From the NCBI GenBank assembly GCA_012026655.1, contig JAAILG010001009.1:1-64000 (forward strand): 64,000 bases of DNA. Reading direction: 5' to 3'. Position numbers and translations under genes: made by a program. This document shows, piece by piece, positions 38,456-51,258 of the stretch (position 1 is the stretch's first letter; the number at the start of each line of letters is the position of its first letter). A model generated the notes under the pieces. That model saw only the letters and a list, made by a program, of their open reading frames with translations, ran no database searches and had not been told where the DNA came from. The stretch is from Hydrolagus affinis. Lineage: Eukaryota.

Positions 38456-39189
38456 GTAAAAGGCTTTGGCTTTGCTTTTTAACATTTACATTAAACTATA
38501 ATTACAACTGTAATTGTAGTACATTATTTGGTGCAAACATAGCTCGGCCTGTTCAGTGTATACACAAAGTTCTGATTTTTCCTGGAACTCCCCCGCCTAC
38601 AGGCACATCAGCTCACACACCAATTGTAGCAGAAATCAATTTTAAAGGTGAGGGTTGACGCTATTAGCATCTTAGCAGATGCTGTCTGCAAGGGCTTGTA
38701 GGTGTGCAGGAAAGGTTAGAGTTCAGAGAGGGAAATGAAATAAATGCAACAAAGACTTAAGTGTTAAACATTACTGGATGTACTGGATATATAAAATGCT
38801 GCACAGCTTTAATGTTGTGCCTGGATGTGAGCCACATATCATCCATTACCCTATGTGGATGATATTTGACATTTTTGGTATGAAATGCCTGCGTTAGGTT
38901 TGAGCAAGAGTTGGTCAGTAAGGCATGTGGCACCAGATGGGATGTCAGCTGTCACTCAAGGGCATGCAGCGAAGCAAGCAAGGCATGGGAACATGATGAA
39001 TCGCAAAAGAAGGGATTTCTATAAGTGGAGGGGATTTGTACACGAAGATACAGCAGTCTCCATCCAACCAGCATTAGCTCTTTATTCCTCTTCTATTCCT
39101 CATTGCCTCCCAAATAGAGTTAAATGAAACAAAATTGACATCACCATTTCTTAAACTGCAGGGAACACAAATGTGGATCTAAGGTTTAT

Positions 39190-39382
39190 TGATAATTTTT
39201 GCATTTGATAAAGTACTTTTCACGTCTTCTAGATGTCTCAAAGAGCTTCAGAGAATATACTGTAAAGTAAATTGACCGTATAATTTGTGGGCAAAACACG
39301 GCAGCCAATTGTGCCCAGCAGTGTCCCACAAACAGTCGTGGATTGATTTGATTGATTGATTGATTGATTGATTGTTTGTTTG
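39190..39382 (-). mobile_element. Young tRNA-SINE 3' half running into a (GATT)n microsatellite
   Basis: Family body and tail; (GATT)n begins at the SINE motif GTGGATTG (39342). Confidence 0.82.
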
Positions 39383-40439
39383 TTAGGTCTCAAAAAGAGG
39401 CATTCACAGAGGGGATAGCTACAAGTATTTAAGAAATTTGACTGGATGCAAAAAATAAACATCGAAAAACACTTAAACACAATTCAAGAATATTGTTGGA
39501 ATATTATTAATAATACACAACAGCAGGTCAAGAGGGTACAGGTTGTGAGAATTAAGCTGTAGACAGACTAAAAAGTATTTTGTTATTTGGAGGCTAATGA
39601 ACAACCGCAACTGTTCTCAAGAAAGTTGGTTATTCAAGAAGCAGCTTGATGCTGTAATGGATAGACGGTAAGGTTCTTAATGTGGAAGGATGAGATCAAA
39701 CGGGCCAAAGGGCCAATTCTGTATCAATATTGATATACATCTGTACAGTCTGCTTCACCTAAGTGTATAACCTGTTTAACTACTGTATATTTTAAGCACA
39801 TTCCCCTCCCACCTATTCCTCTGGAAGCTTGTTCTATCAAGTGTTTAACAGTAATTTTCTTTTAAGTGCAGTTTTGCAGTCTATACACAAATTGCACATT
39901 TAAACAGCAGATTAATGATCTCCATTTGCATCTCTGCAAATGCTAATCTGTTAATTGCTCATCTACATGGGTCAGTTAACATCTCATTATTCACATACAA
40001 TGAGATTCTAGCCAACATATATGTCATTCTTCTAAATTCTTTAAATTGTTCCAAAGTGTCCAATTAATGTACCATTAAACAGCATTTTTCTAAATAAATG
40101 GCTTTCTTTAACAGAGCATTTTTCCTTGTTGTTGGGAGGGGCTCAGAATCCCCCACCTCCCTCCAAACATTATTCAGGGTTTAAAAAAAAACCTGAAATG
40201 ACTTTGTTTCTTCTAATTTAATCCATTCAAATGATTTGATGTTTTAAGTTCTTCCCACTGTAAACATCTCCACCAATGGGACATTTGCACAACTGACTTT
40301 GTTGGGAGGGGAAACAAAATATAGTTTTATGGTTTATGCCACTTTAGAAAGATTTCATCTGTTAATGTCTCCACATGTACAATATGATTGGATGAGGCGT
40401 TAGCTGAAAAAACCCTACCCAATGCACCTGTCTTCATTG

Positions 40440-40840
40440 AAATAACAATAATTCTTACATTTGATACAGCGTCTTATTACATCATGAAAGACATTTCGAA
40501 GCCCTTCACAAGATTCAACTTAAAGTACAGTGGGTGTATATTTATTGGAAAATGCAGTAGCCATTTACGCACAGTAATGTCACACAACCAGCCATGGAGC
40601 GAATGACCAATTTTATTTGGGGGATTGATGGTCAAGGCACTTTTGGAATATTGACATGGACCTTCATGAGGCAGACAAAACTTTGATTTAACATTTCATC
40701 CAAAGACAGTATCTTTGTTGATATAATACTTATTATACAGCACAAGGATAGCACAAGGGTGTCAGCCTGCACCATGAGTTCAAAGTCCTGGGTAAGTATC
40801 AGCGATAAAAAAACAAATAGAGAGATGAGAGAGTGCTCTA
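40440..40840 (-). mobile_element. Old DeuSINE (SacSINE1-like)
   Basis: Reverse tail, TTTAACATTTCATCCAAAGACAG and GTGTCAGCCT motifs. Confidence 0.68.
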
Positions 40841-41707
40841 GCATTTAATTAGGAATTGGTTCAGAACCAGATCGATTAGTTTTGTCAATAAGTTCATTCA
40901 GTGAAATGACTGGCCAGAATTCTTTCACATATTGGGAATTGAATAAAACTGCAAAATAAAAGTTTGTCTCTAACATTTCAAACAAGACCTTGCCACATTT
41001 CTCAACAACAAGAACGACTTGCAATTATACAGCTACCCTTCAGGCAGGGCAGTGTCTTGGTGTGCTTGACTATCCTGTAGGTTGCAATGAGGAAGTGGTT
41101 TAAGAGCCAGGTGATTCCCAGTTCAATTGTAGAAAATATAACCAAAGAGCCTCACCCTACTTCCTTTCCCGTGGTTGCAAGTTAGTAAAACATGGCTGGT
41201 TCAAGCGGAAATTTGCCTGAAGTTCTCGTTTCGGAAAAGCTACCGACAAAATCTCAAGGGGACATTTTTTTTTATCAATAGCTGAACATGTACATCAAAC
41301 CTCTTGGCAATTCAAGTTTGGTTCCGCGTTCAGCTGTCACCCTAAAAGCACACTGCTCGGGAGAACAAATCACTTAGAAATACTAATCGTTTTTATATTT
41401 TTCCATTTATTGACAGAGCATGCTATATTTTGAAGTTCCAAACATCAATGTGGAGATATATTGGTGCACATGGGGAGATCTGAACAAACTGTGCTAATAT
41501 ACTCGATTAGAGCTATCCGCAACTGTCTCACTGGGACCCCGTATTGATCTATTACTTGATGACAACTGCACTTAAGCATTTTAGCTATTTTCCTTCAATA
41601 ACAGGAAATTTTATTATGGATGGATGACTGATTTCAACCTCCAAAAAAATCAATCATGTTCATTCTCAGATTTTAAACTGTTCCGAGCATCTGTGATTTT
41701 TACTAAC

Positions 41708-41917
41708 CCCCATCAGCTGTGGTCACGTGGACTGTCTCACTCCTCACACTGTGGGCACTGTTGAAAACCTCAATGGAAAGTTGATACTCTGTGTTTGGGC
41801 GCAAATTGCCAAGCAGAGTGTGGTTTACATCAGCTGGGAAGAATGTGGAGTTGCGAAAGGTGGTGGAGTTAATGTGTAGGATATAGCACTCCACGTCGCC
41901 CTGCAAGTCTTCCAAAG
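41708..41917 (-). CDS. USH2A: Usherin coding exon (human exon 45 equivalent), 210 nt
   Basis: (T)LEDLQGDVECYILHINSTT...LGNLRPNTEYQLSIEVFNSAHSVRSETVHVTTADG. Acceptor ccaaag|CT, donor GGG G|gttagt, phase 1 to 1. Confidence 0.95.
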
Positions 41918-42141
41918 CTTTGGTTTTTTTTAAAAAAGAGAGGACAACAATTGGTTAAACTATTGAGATTGGCTGGTGTCTGTCAGTTATTAACATTTAT
42001 TACAACTAGACTATAACTGAGCTATGTGTTTCGCCCACAAAATACACAGTCAATTCAGTTTACAGTTTACTCTGTGAAGAGCTTTAAGACGTCTCAACAA
42101 CATTATAAGGCGCTATATCAAATGCAAGCATTATTAGTATA

Positions 42142-42575
42142 CAGTAAAAGCCCATTTATCCATGACCCGATCAACCGTAACTTCCGTATAACCAGCACCT
42201 CAAAAAAAAAGTCCCCATTTGATTAACCAGATCTTATCCGGCACAATGTATCAGTATCAGTATAATGCCTGAAGATGACACTGCCGTTTTTTTCCCTCAC
42301 AGAGTACAGCACAATTACCTCTGAATGCTGCACTTCCTGTGCTGTGTTTATAGACTGTAATCTATATTTATTACTTTATTGGTAAGCATCCATACAATAT
42401 TCTGTTATTATTTAGTCTATTATTAATATGGTATGTTTGAAAAAATTTAATTAAAATTAAAAAAGTTAAAAATTAAAAAATAAAATTTGTTTTGTGTTTT
42501 CGACCAAATATCCAGCTCGCGCTTTAATCAGCATTGGCTAGGTCCCAAGGGTGCCGGATAAACGGGCTTTTACTG
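42142..42575. mobile_element. Tigger-like MITE family B, intact, inserted at the tail of a SINE (42025-42137, +)
   Basis: TA|CAGTAAAAGCCCATTTATCC ... GGATAAACGGGCTTTTACTG|TA, giving TIRs and a TA target-site duplication. Confidence 0.88.
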
Positions 42576-43509
42576 TATTTAGTTCACCAAGCCACGGTAT
42601 GGAATCCATCCAGAGCTTTAATTTTAAACTTTTCAGAACTACACTTACCTATAAATGCACAGTCACTTCTAGTCAATTGCATTAGGCACTTGAAAAGATT
42701 TCTTCTAACGTGAAAGGTGCTATAAAATAATCTGTACAATTGATATGTCTCCTTTCACGTCAGGAAGCGACCTCAGAATGCTTCACTGGATGCACTCTAA
42801 AATGTAATGACTGTGTATTCTACATGCAAACATGGTAGTCAATGTGTCCACAGCAATGATACACAAACAACCAAGAAGTGAATGACTAATTTTATTTAAA
42901 GGATTGCTGGCCGGGACACTGAGAGAAAATTGCTTTTTCTTTAAAATAGTGTAATGGGATTTTTAACACTACTCTGAACTGGCAGACGTAAATCTCAATT
43001 GTTGTTATATGGATATATATATATATATGTATATATATTATATATATATATGAATCATAATCATGGGATTTTTTCAAGCCACAATAAGTATTGGTACAAA
43101 CAATTAATACATTGGGCACTTGAGAGAAAAGGAACATATTCCAAATTTAGTGGAGGGAACAAAATAGAATTTAATGAGACCACAGGGCAAAGCGCCAAAC
43201 AGGGTTCCTTACAGTCATCAACAAGGTTTCTGAAAATCTTCATTGACCACAAAATGCTCATGAAAATCTCTGCATATACAACATAGAATCATAGAATCTG
43301 CTTCTTTTAGAAACTATTTTAAACCTGTGACCTCAAGTCACTGACACACCCACCAGTGGAAACAGTTTTTCCCTGTTTTCCCATGTGTAGTTTTCCCACA
43401 GAGCTCCACAAGTTGTGTAAGAGATGTATGAAACAGACTATTGCTGGTAGTTTTCACCTGTAATATTTCATCACAGTGGTAGGTCATCTTACAAATACAG
43501 TCACTACAC

Positions 43510-43675
43510 TTTACAGCAAAGATTCATGGTACAGTTCACATGATCAACTGTTATCAAATCTAATGCAGGGGTGTCTTCTTACCACTTTTACAAGCTTGAT
43601 GATGAGATAATTACATAAATCCATGAATAATCCTTACATTTATGTTCAATTTCTACCAATGCCACATTAGACTAA
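43510..43675. repeat. Exon-less tandem duplicate of the exon-44 flanks
   Basis: 43510-43573 matches 43821-43878 and 43571-43675 matches 44094-44198. Confidence 0.88.
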
Positions 43676-43890
43676 CAATAATCCTTGCATTTCATATAGC
43701 ACCTTATCACGTCTTTGAGACGTCTCAAAGAGCTTCGCAGAATATACTATAAAGTGAACTGACTGTATGTTTTGTGCACTAAAATGTGGAGCACTTGAGT
43801 GTGAAGAAAAAACCCTAAAGTTTACAGCAAAGATTCACCATACCAGTTTACAATGTTATCAAAAGTAATGCAGGGGTGAATGGTACGTAC

Positions 43891-44054
43891 TTGGTCTGCT
43901 CCATTTGGCTTCTATCGTTGTGTGGTTTACAGCCTCTGCTGTGAGGTTGCTTCCTCTGACAGGGACACCTGCCAGTGTGGTGGCTGTAACTTCTTCCCCT
44001 GCTGTGTAACCTGCATCATTAGACACTACCAGCTTGTATTTATACGTTGTATAC
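43891..44054 (-). CDS. USH2A: Usherin coding exon (human exon 44 equivalent), 164 nt
   Basis: YTTYKYKLVVSNDAGYTAGEEVTATTLAGVPVRGSNLTAEAVNHTTIEAKWSRP. Acceptor catttag|GT, donor CCAA|gtacgt, phase 2 to 1. Confidence 0.96.
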
Positions 44055-45861
44055 CTAAATGAATGAACAACAGACACGTTGATTGACAGTTTAGTGCCTT
44101 CTTAACACTTTTACAGGAGCGCTGATGAGATAATTGCATAAATCCATGAATAATCCTTACATTTATGTTCAGGTTCCACCTCCACCACATTAGACTAAGG
44201 AGTCATACATTAGCTGGTGCACGAATTTCAAACAAAAATGAAAAATTGTTGAAAGCATATAACATTTCCATTAAACGTGCACATTACTGACGTGTAAATT
44301 TGAGGCTGGCATTCTGAGAAATGTGAAATACCATAATAAGGTAGAAATAATATGTCTTCAAAGGAATCTCATTTAATAGGTGTACATAATTGGTGTTAAA
44401 TTAATTCTCCCACACTGTTGCATTGAGTATCTTATTCCAACAGACTCTTACTAGGGTCAGTGCCCAATGACCAATATTAATATCCACCTCCATAGCCCAC
44501 TGTAGAAATATTCTTGAATGCTTTTTTACCTCTTTATATTTGTCACCTGATTGGTATCATCAAGCAAATTGCCCGACATCAAATTGTTTACAGAACTGTA
44601 GAAATTTACAGCACAGAAGAAGTACCATGTCTGTGCTGGCTCTTTTAACAAACCTATCAATGCAATTTTCACCTTTTTCCCATATCCCCGCTTTCCTCCT
44701 TTTTAGATATCTATCGAGTTCCCTTTTGAAAGCTCACATAGAATCTGTTTCAACCTGAATTACAATTTATAGCCCCAAGTAGATGTGCAACTGTCTTGAA
44801 AATACAAGCTCACTTCACTATGTATGCGATGATTAGCTTCCTCACTCTCCTGCATGTTAATAATCCGCCACCTTGTGAAGTGAGACTGTATCGCAGATTG
44901 TCACACAAGTAATGGAAAAGCCAATTGACAACATGCAAGGTAGACTACAGTTCTAAGAAGTGTTGGAATTGGACAGACAGGGAGACATTTGGTGGTATGA
45001 ACTCAATTAGATCTCAACAACTGTTAGAAGTGGAAGAGAAGCGGTCTGGCCAGCGCACAGCGATTGATGACATTCCAGCTCATCTTCTATTCAACGCCAT
45101 TAACAACATTCTACTCCAAAGCATGCAGCAACAGGAATAGTATAGTAAAAAAGGTAGTTTTTTTTGTTACAGGCTTAGTTTCCTCAAGGATATGTGGACT
45201 GGTTGTGCAGCAGTTTATAATTTTTGAAGAATCTTTCGGTTGCTAACTACGCACTTTATTCAAGAAAATATGCTCCATTAACTTGATTTAAAACTATAAA
45301 AGGAAACAGAGGATCATTTTAGACACCCCAGCCTCCTCATAAAATAAAATTAATTTTAAACAAGTAATATTCAGCGAAGGTTGTCTGATAACGCAAGCAT
45401 TCGGCCAGTGTCTTGTTAGCAGATCCATAAAACATGAGTTTGTTGCATTTAAATTGTATTTTAATGTGATGGTGTGGAACTTGGTTGGGTGGGGGAGTGG
45501 GGGTGGGGGGGGGGAGGGCGGGGGTGGTGGTGGTGGGTGGGTGTGCAGCCTTGACGTATAGATTTAATGTTTGTTAGTTTTGAAATACACCTGGATCACA
45601 AAGAAATGCTGTCTTCTTAAACAATTGCCTCCAAATGCACATAGTGCAGCTGATGGAATGGAAAGCCATTACAAGATGAGACAGCTTCCAAAATCACAGT
45701 AAACACAACTGTCAGTCAGTTTTATTTTTATTCAAATACATTTTATACACAAAAGCACTTATTTCAAATATTATAAATACTAGGAAACGGCAAACATCAC
45801 ATAATAAATTATTTGCAAATGAAATGGTAATTTGTTTGAAGCTGATGTAGTTTAATCTAAC

Positions 45862-45984
45862 CTGTTAAGACCTTTATCTTCATAGTACATTTGTGTCCCT
45901 GAGTAAATATTCAACCAAAGATTTAAATCTTCAGGGGGATTTGTTGTGAGTGGTTGTTGGGATTTGTGCCTTAGCAACTCATAT
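45862..45984 (-). CDS. USH2A: Usherin coding exon (human exon 43 equivalent), 123 nt; absent from the ORF track
   Basis: Manual translation YELLRHKSQQPLTTNPPEDLNLWLNIYSGTQMYYEDKGLN(R), homologous to human YELLRRKIQQPLASNPPEDLN. Acceptor tttttcag|AT, donor AG|gttag, phase 2 to 2. Confidence 0.96.
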
Positions 45985-48859
45985 CTGAAAAAAACACAGG
46001 TTGCACAGTATGATTATCAAACACAATGTCTGGTGACAAAATCGCTGATAATTACCATTCCTAAAATCATTGTTTAACAAATTTTCCTTTCATTTATTTA
46101 AACACTGTATACAATTTAAATAAAAATACATTTCCCCCATATTCTGCACAATATTTGACTGCTTTCACAATACATGTGCATTTTTAAATTTATTATTATT
46201 TAATCACTATTTGATCAGATATTCACAGAAATTTACAGCACAGAAAGTCATTCAGCCGATGCTGATACTCTCTTGTCCATTTGAGCTAATGAATCTAGTC
46301 CCAATTCCCTGTTTTCTACCCATACCTTGTTATATTGTTTCCCCTCCAATATTCATTTATTCAATTTCCTTTAAAATACTGCTACACTCCTTCAGCTTCA
46401 CTAGCAACTTATGACAAAGCATTCTGTATTCTCACAATTCTCTACATCAAAGCATTTCTTCTAACTTCTCCCTAAATCTTCAGTCACAATCCTCAATTTA
46501 TCTTTGGTATAAACTACCAATGTGAATAATTTTTTCTCTAAACATTTCAGTCACAATTAATCTATCCTGTTTCTGTGAAAACTACTCCCAAATGTTTAGC
46601 CACTTAACTAAAATTCCTAAACTCTACTAACTAACATCCTAATGAACTTCTGCTGTACAAAGATTACTATAATGATTACGCTTACACTTGGTTAACACAA
46701 TCCACAAATTAAACCCCAATGAAATTGTTTTTCCTCCATTAAAACTTCAGATTCTAACATGTATATGGTTGGATATTTGGGAGTATGAAGGTATGTGATG
46801 AGCACTGTCCACCAGCCATTGAATGCAGCTTGTATTGGCGGCAGATATATATTTCTTCACCTCAAAATCCACAAGGTCATAAACCATGCATCTGAATGCT
46901 CCATGAATGTGGCAGTAGAAGATTTGAAGTTGTTTAGTTTATATTTATGTTGCCATGTTTCTACAAAGGTATACTCCATACTCAACAATAACAAAATTAC
47001 ATTTGTAAAGCACCTTTCAGGTGGGGAGCACATCCCAAGGTGTTGAACAGTCGTGGATCAGGAGCTGAATGTTGGGGAGCAGGTTTGGGGTGATGGAGGG
47101 CAGAAAGGTAGGAATGTGGTGAAGAGTGAACTCACTCTGGTACAAAGTTAACACTCACATCAGCAGCATGATAACATACTCTGCTTTTGTTCTCACATAC
47201 ATTTGCAAACCCGATGGCAGTAAGACCACAGTGAAGAATTACTCGCTCAAGATTCATTCACTCTCTTTCCACCCTAATACTTCCCCTCAGACACCTTCAC
47301 AACAAGCAGGACACAGTATTGTTTGCTCTGTAATACTTTTGTGCTGCAATTTTGTCTTTGGTGGTTTGAACGCATAGCTTCAAACAATCTCTGAGCTGTC
47401 AGAGCACATCTGCCTTCTTACCTTTAAGTTAATTAAAGAATGTCCTCCGCTCAAGCGTAAAATCTGCCGGATAATTTTGTTTATTAAGAGACCCAAGTGT
47501 AGGCCAAAAGCCATTGTGCAACACACCAACAAGAGGATTTGTAAAGAGGAGCAGAGAGGACAAGATGAATCGCGATGTAATAGTTATGTATGGGATTTTT
47601 TAAAAAGCGTCATTTTAGCTGGATAGATAGAGGAGGACACGGCTTGTTTCATACCTGCTTCATTTACACCCCAGCACAGCAACTCCATAAATTCCCTCCT
47701 CAAGGTTATGTGAGGAGACTGCCTCCAATACAACTGACCACTGATTTATTCTGCATGTTTCACAATCAGATCTAATTTGTGATATTTTCAAACAGGAATC
47801 GATGTGCTAATTGCAATTTCCGGTTGTGAACACTGAAGGTCATTTAATTTACAATATCGGCTTGCTTTGCTCTTCAGAATTACACACATGGACTTAACTT
47901 GTATGAAAATTAAAATTTAAGATCATGCGGAAATTTGGAACATTATTCTTAAATTGGGGTTTTAATTTGAAAACTGAATTTCAGCAGGTCTTTCAAAACA
48001 AAGCATAACCTAGTCATGTGATAAATTAATCTGGATTATAGCAAGCCACATCACAATGTGGTTACCTTGTTGATTAATTCTACATTTACAACCGGAAGTT
48101 GCAATTAGTTGCAGAATTGTTATGCCAGAAGCTGGCCCAAACATTCGCGCCATTAAATTGTAAATATATATATAAGTATGCTATATTATAAATATGCTTT
48201 ATTAACTAACTAACTGGAGGATCATTAATATTATTTCCCGATGCATCAAAATGGATTAGATGGACATTTCTACATGGCAAGTATAGAATTGTCAGATTAT
48301 GAAAAATAGCATTAAACATGTGTCTTAGGTCTGTGGGCTGTTATAGTATCCAGCGCGAGCCCTGTTGTGATTCATAACATTGGTAGCTTTTTGAAATATT
48401 ATAATATTGAGTGTTAATGAATCTACCTTAACCTGATGCTATTAGTGCCCTTCTGGATATCATTTAGAATGGAATCTGCAGAGCAACACAGAATTTCAAA
48501 GAACTGGGAAAACAGTCGTTACTATTTTCAATAAAATATATATTTTATAAAGAACAACTAGAGTACTTTGCGTGTCTATGCAACATGCTCTTTGTTTCAT
48601 ATAAGTAGGCAACAAAATGATTAACACTGAATATTTAACCTTTAGTTTACTTCACTATATTGAGAATGATTCGGCAATGCTTGATAAATTTACAGACCTT
48701 GGCAGGCTACTACATCTTGCTGGAAAAAACACAATGACCATGTTGATGTGAATGTATTAGGGCAAAAATAGGTAAACTCATGCAACCAAGGTTGGGACAT
48801 TTATTAATGAATCACCCCTGACCATCCCCATGTCCTACATTACGTCCCCTGATTGACAG

Positions 48860-49410
48860 TATTGGTTTGACTATGCCAACAGCCTCCCCAACTCCTCCCT
48901 CGATAGGCTGCATCATCCAGAACTCTGCAGCCTGTGTCCTCTCCCGCACCAGGCTTCGTGACCCTATCACCCCCATTCTTTCCCAACTTCACTGGCTGCC
49001 CATGATCTGGAGGGTTTCATTCAAAATCCTCAGCTTGCCCCACCCTACCTCTGCGATTTCTTAACCCCTTACCAACCTATTCGCTCCCTCCACTCAGCGG
49101 GCTTAGGGCCTCTCCATGTTCCCCAACACATCTGCCCCACCATCGGCGGGCGAGCCTTCAGCCACTCTGCCCCCAACCATTGGAATTCCATTCCGCAATC
49201 TCTCCGCCTTGCCCTCTTAGTAGCCTTCTTCAAATCCTGCCTCAAGACCCTCCTCTTCGACTGGACTTCGGTCACCCTCCCTTCCTTTCCCTTACGTCCA
49301 CTCTCCCCGATCCCGACCCCAGCTCGGGTCTGAAGCACTGACTGTCCAGCGCCATGGGACATCCTCCCAACGTGAAAGGCACTATAAAATGTGATTTTGT
49401 TGTTGTTGTC
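48860..49410 (+). mobile_element. L2-clade LINE 3' fragment (about 550 bp)
   Basis: Translates IQNSAACVLSRTRLRDPITPILSQLHWLP, a classic L2 ORF2 C-terminus, then GGRAFSHSAP.HWNSIP. Tail GGGACATCCTCCCAACGTGAAAGGCACTATAAAATGT..(GTT)n. Confidence 0.9.
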
Positions 49411-49535
49411 GCTGAGTTAAAAAATAAATTAAATACCTAATTTTATATTTAAAAAAACACAGGCTCCAGAAGTTAAGAGGATTTACAATAAAATATGGGT
49501 GAAATAAGTAACAGTAATTGGAAGAGGAAGCTTAC

Positions 49536-49864
49536 CTTACATTTGGCCCATTTGGTCTTGTTGGAGGTTGCCAGGAAACAGCAATAAATGACTCACTGAT
49601 GGGGGTGACAGCCAAGGGGTTAGTGCCCTCGGGGATTGTAGGGTGAGTAGTAATTCTAGTTGGCAAACTTTCAGTGCAGCCCGCTGTATATCCTCCTCCA
49701 CCAGTGCAAGCGACAATCGTCACTGAGTAATTAGTGAATGGGATCAGGTTCTGCACTTTGTAGTGCAAGGTTGAGGTGTTGGAAATTGTGACTCGCGGAT
49801 CTGGCATTCGGATTTCATAGTGAAGGATTTCACCATTGACCATTAGCGGAGGCTGCCAAGTAAC
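49536..49864 (-). CDS. USH2A: Usherin coding exon (human exon 42 equivalent), FN3, 329 nt
   Basis: VTWQPPLMVNGEILHYEIRMPDP...LIPFTNYSVTIVACTGGGGYTAGCTESLPT...SWQPPTRPNGPNV(R). Acceptor ctgcag|GTT, donor AG|gtaag, phase 0 to 2. Confidence 0.97.
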
Positions 49865-51024
49865 CTGCAGAACAAATGGAGATATACTTTAACCAGATTC
49901 ACGCCGGTGTGCGCTTCATAAATGTCAGTAAAATAAGCCAACTCAGCTAGAACCCACCAATGTTAGATTCGGGTGGTTTTCAAACAGGCAAACGATTCTA
50001 CCGAAAATTCTTTGATTTCACCCCATTGCGTTTATTTTAATGGCTTTGATTCTCAAAATGACCTTGACAAGCCAAGTACAGTCCAGTTTCTAGCTAATAT
50101 CAATAAATTTTCAAGCCAATAAATGATTATTATTATTCATTTTGATTGTTTATCAATGAGGTGCATAAAGCTGGATTAACTTTCTCGACTTTCTATGAGA
50201 TTTAGAAGAAATTCACTGGCATCAATGCAGATGTGTATTTGACAGTCAATATAATAGCTACAAATTACACTTGAAGTAGCTAAGTGACCATTGATGTACC
50301 AGCACACACAATGCAACTGGTTTGCACCCATGAACTCCAACAAGGTGAGTCCTTATTGTACCCGGGCAATCAATGGAATGTGTTTTCTACAGGAAGGGGA
50401 GAAAAACTGGAGGACAAAAACAGATCTGGCTCTGATGTGTGTGTGTGTGTGTGTGTGTATGGGGGATGAGGGGCGATGATTGCATTATAGAATAAAGCAG
50501 TAATAAAGCTACACCAAACATTTGAAAGTCAAGAATCAAATGATACTGAATGAAGTGAGAATGGATATGAAGGCAGAAATATAATGAGGGATTTGCATGA
50601 CTCACAAATCACAAGTACAAAGCTCAAACAATTTGTTGCTCATCGGAACACTGAGGCTGAATTACTGGCTGTAATCCTCTGCCACCAACCCTGGATTTGT
50701 TCTAAAATTTGTATGGAATTATTTAACCTTTGTTATTGAAGCTCTCTTTTCGGCTGCTGCTGCGGATTATCACAGAATAAATATAGGTCTTCAAAGGAAT
50801 TGGGGTTGTTGAGATGCAGGATAGCATGAGACCTCACAGGATATCAAGTCCTTTCAGGTGTTGAATTAGAGAGCAATTTATCAACCTCTGCATAATTTAA
50901 AACAACAATGGATTGGACGATTAAAATAATGAACAACAATCTTTTAAAAAATGGAGCCTCACTCAAAACATCGAAACAAGATGTAGGATTCTCCCGAACT
51001 ACCCGCAAGAAGAGGAAATGCAAA

Positions 51025-51258
51025 ATCTTGGACAAGTTTCCTTACTCCACACGCCTGACAGTTATCTCTCAAGAAATAAAAAACAATAATTGGTCACTTC
51101 AATCCAGGACCGTTTGTGGGACATTGCTGTAGGCAATTGGCTGCCGCGTTTCGCCCACAAATATACAGTCAATTCACTTTACAGTATATTTTGTGAAGCG
51201 TTTTGAGATGTCTGGAAGACGTGGAAAGCGCTATATCAAATGCAAGGATTATTATTAT
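51025..51258 (+). mobile_element. Young tRNA-SINE lacking the tRNA head
   Basis: Close match to the family body and tail with CpGs retained. Confidence 0.87.
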
